From Epiperipatus broadwayi (Eukaryota > Animalia > Onychophora), in assembly GCA_028023455.1 (NCBI GenBank), contig JAQFVV010000011.1, positions 4,464,001 to 4,528,000 on the forward strand: a DNA stretch of 64,000 bases, in the 5' to 3' direction. The translations under genes and the position numbers were made by a program. Within the stretch, counting starts at the first letter, position 1; each line of letters starts with the position of its first letter. Shown here one piece after another: positions 63,501-64,000 of the stretch. The notes beneath the pieces are model-generated. The model saw only the letters and a list, made by a program, of their open reading frames with translations. It was not told the origin of the DNA and ran no database searches.

Positions 63501-64000
63501 TTGGCTTTTTTTGTTGTTTTTCACCATTCTTTTGGAAATGCAAAGATTTAATCACACTGACAGTTATACATAGTATAGTCCAGTCAGATTCCATTGTGAT
63601 GTCATCTGGATAATGGTAATGTTATGAAAAAAATTTAACAATTTTGTCTCTTTGAAGTAGACTCTGTTGGGATTTGACAGGATTGTCTGTTATTATTCTG
63701 CATCCTGGAAGTGCTTAAATGGATTTAGATCAATTTCATTGTGCAATCTTCTTGGAAATTGATGAGATCTGGTACTTTCAATCGATATTGCTTACACTTT
63801 CAATATGGGCATTTTTTAATGAAGCAGTCCCTGTATTTGCAATAGGAACACTGAGGGTAAATGCTACAAAATATAATGATGAATCAATGAAATATAGGAT
63901 GGATATGTCATAGGATTGAATGTTTTTGTGTAAGATGATATCAAAGATAGCAGTATTGGTTAAGATAAATAATGAGGCTCTCCTTTCCAGTAAATTTCAG

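Noticed and set aside
63380-64000. Possible LINE fragment at the window end
   Set aside because: Composition suggests a relic, but no EN/RT motif was identifiable and it is truncated by the window.

Overview
AT-rich eukaryotic genomic DNA, most consistent with an arthropod, probably a chelicerate (inferred from gene content and intron style; not provable here). No rRNA, CRISPR or prokaryotic features. Two spliced genes are well supported. (1) The 3' part of POLD3 (DNA polymerase delta subunit 3/p66) on +: 9 exons in 2535-26617, ending in a PIP box QAALTAFF. (2) Three exons of a folate-receptor-family gene with a GPI-signal-like tail on -, 47807-59337; its first coding exon was not found. The rest is mostly transposon-derived: a hAT (SPIN/Buster-like) remnant; a full-length but inactivated RTE LINE with a 12-bp TSD; a ~7.9-kb Merlin element with kb-scale inverted arms and four tandem truncated transposase copies; two Merlin-like non-autonomous elements with 8-bp TSDs; Tigger, Gypsy, LINE and Helitron relics; and several Penelope-like (PLE) fold-backs. 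The most interesting signals are RNA-structural: a complete HDV-like ribozyme fold at the exact 5' end of the RTE, sense within a POLD3 intron; several inverted pairs of hammerhead-like motifs, one fused to a TATA + tRNA-like head; and a non-canonical hammerhead-like motif with a variable stem II. All folds and alignments were done by eye and need computational or biochemical confirmation.
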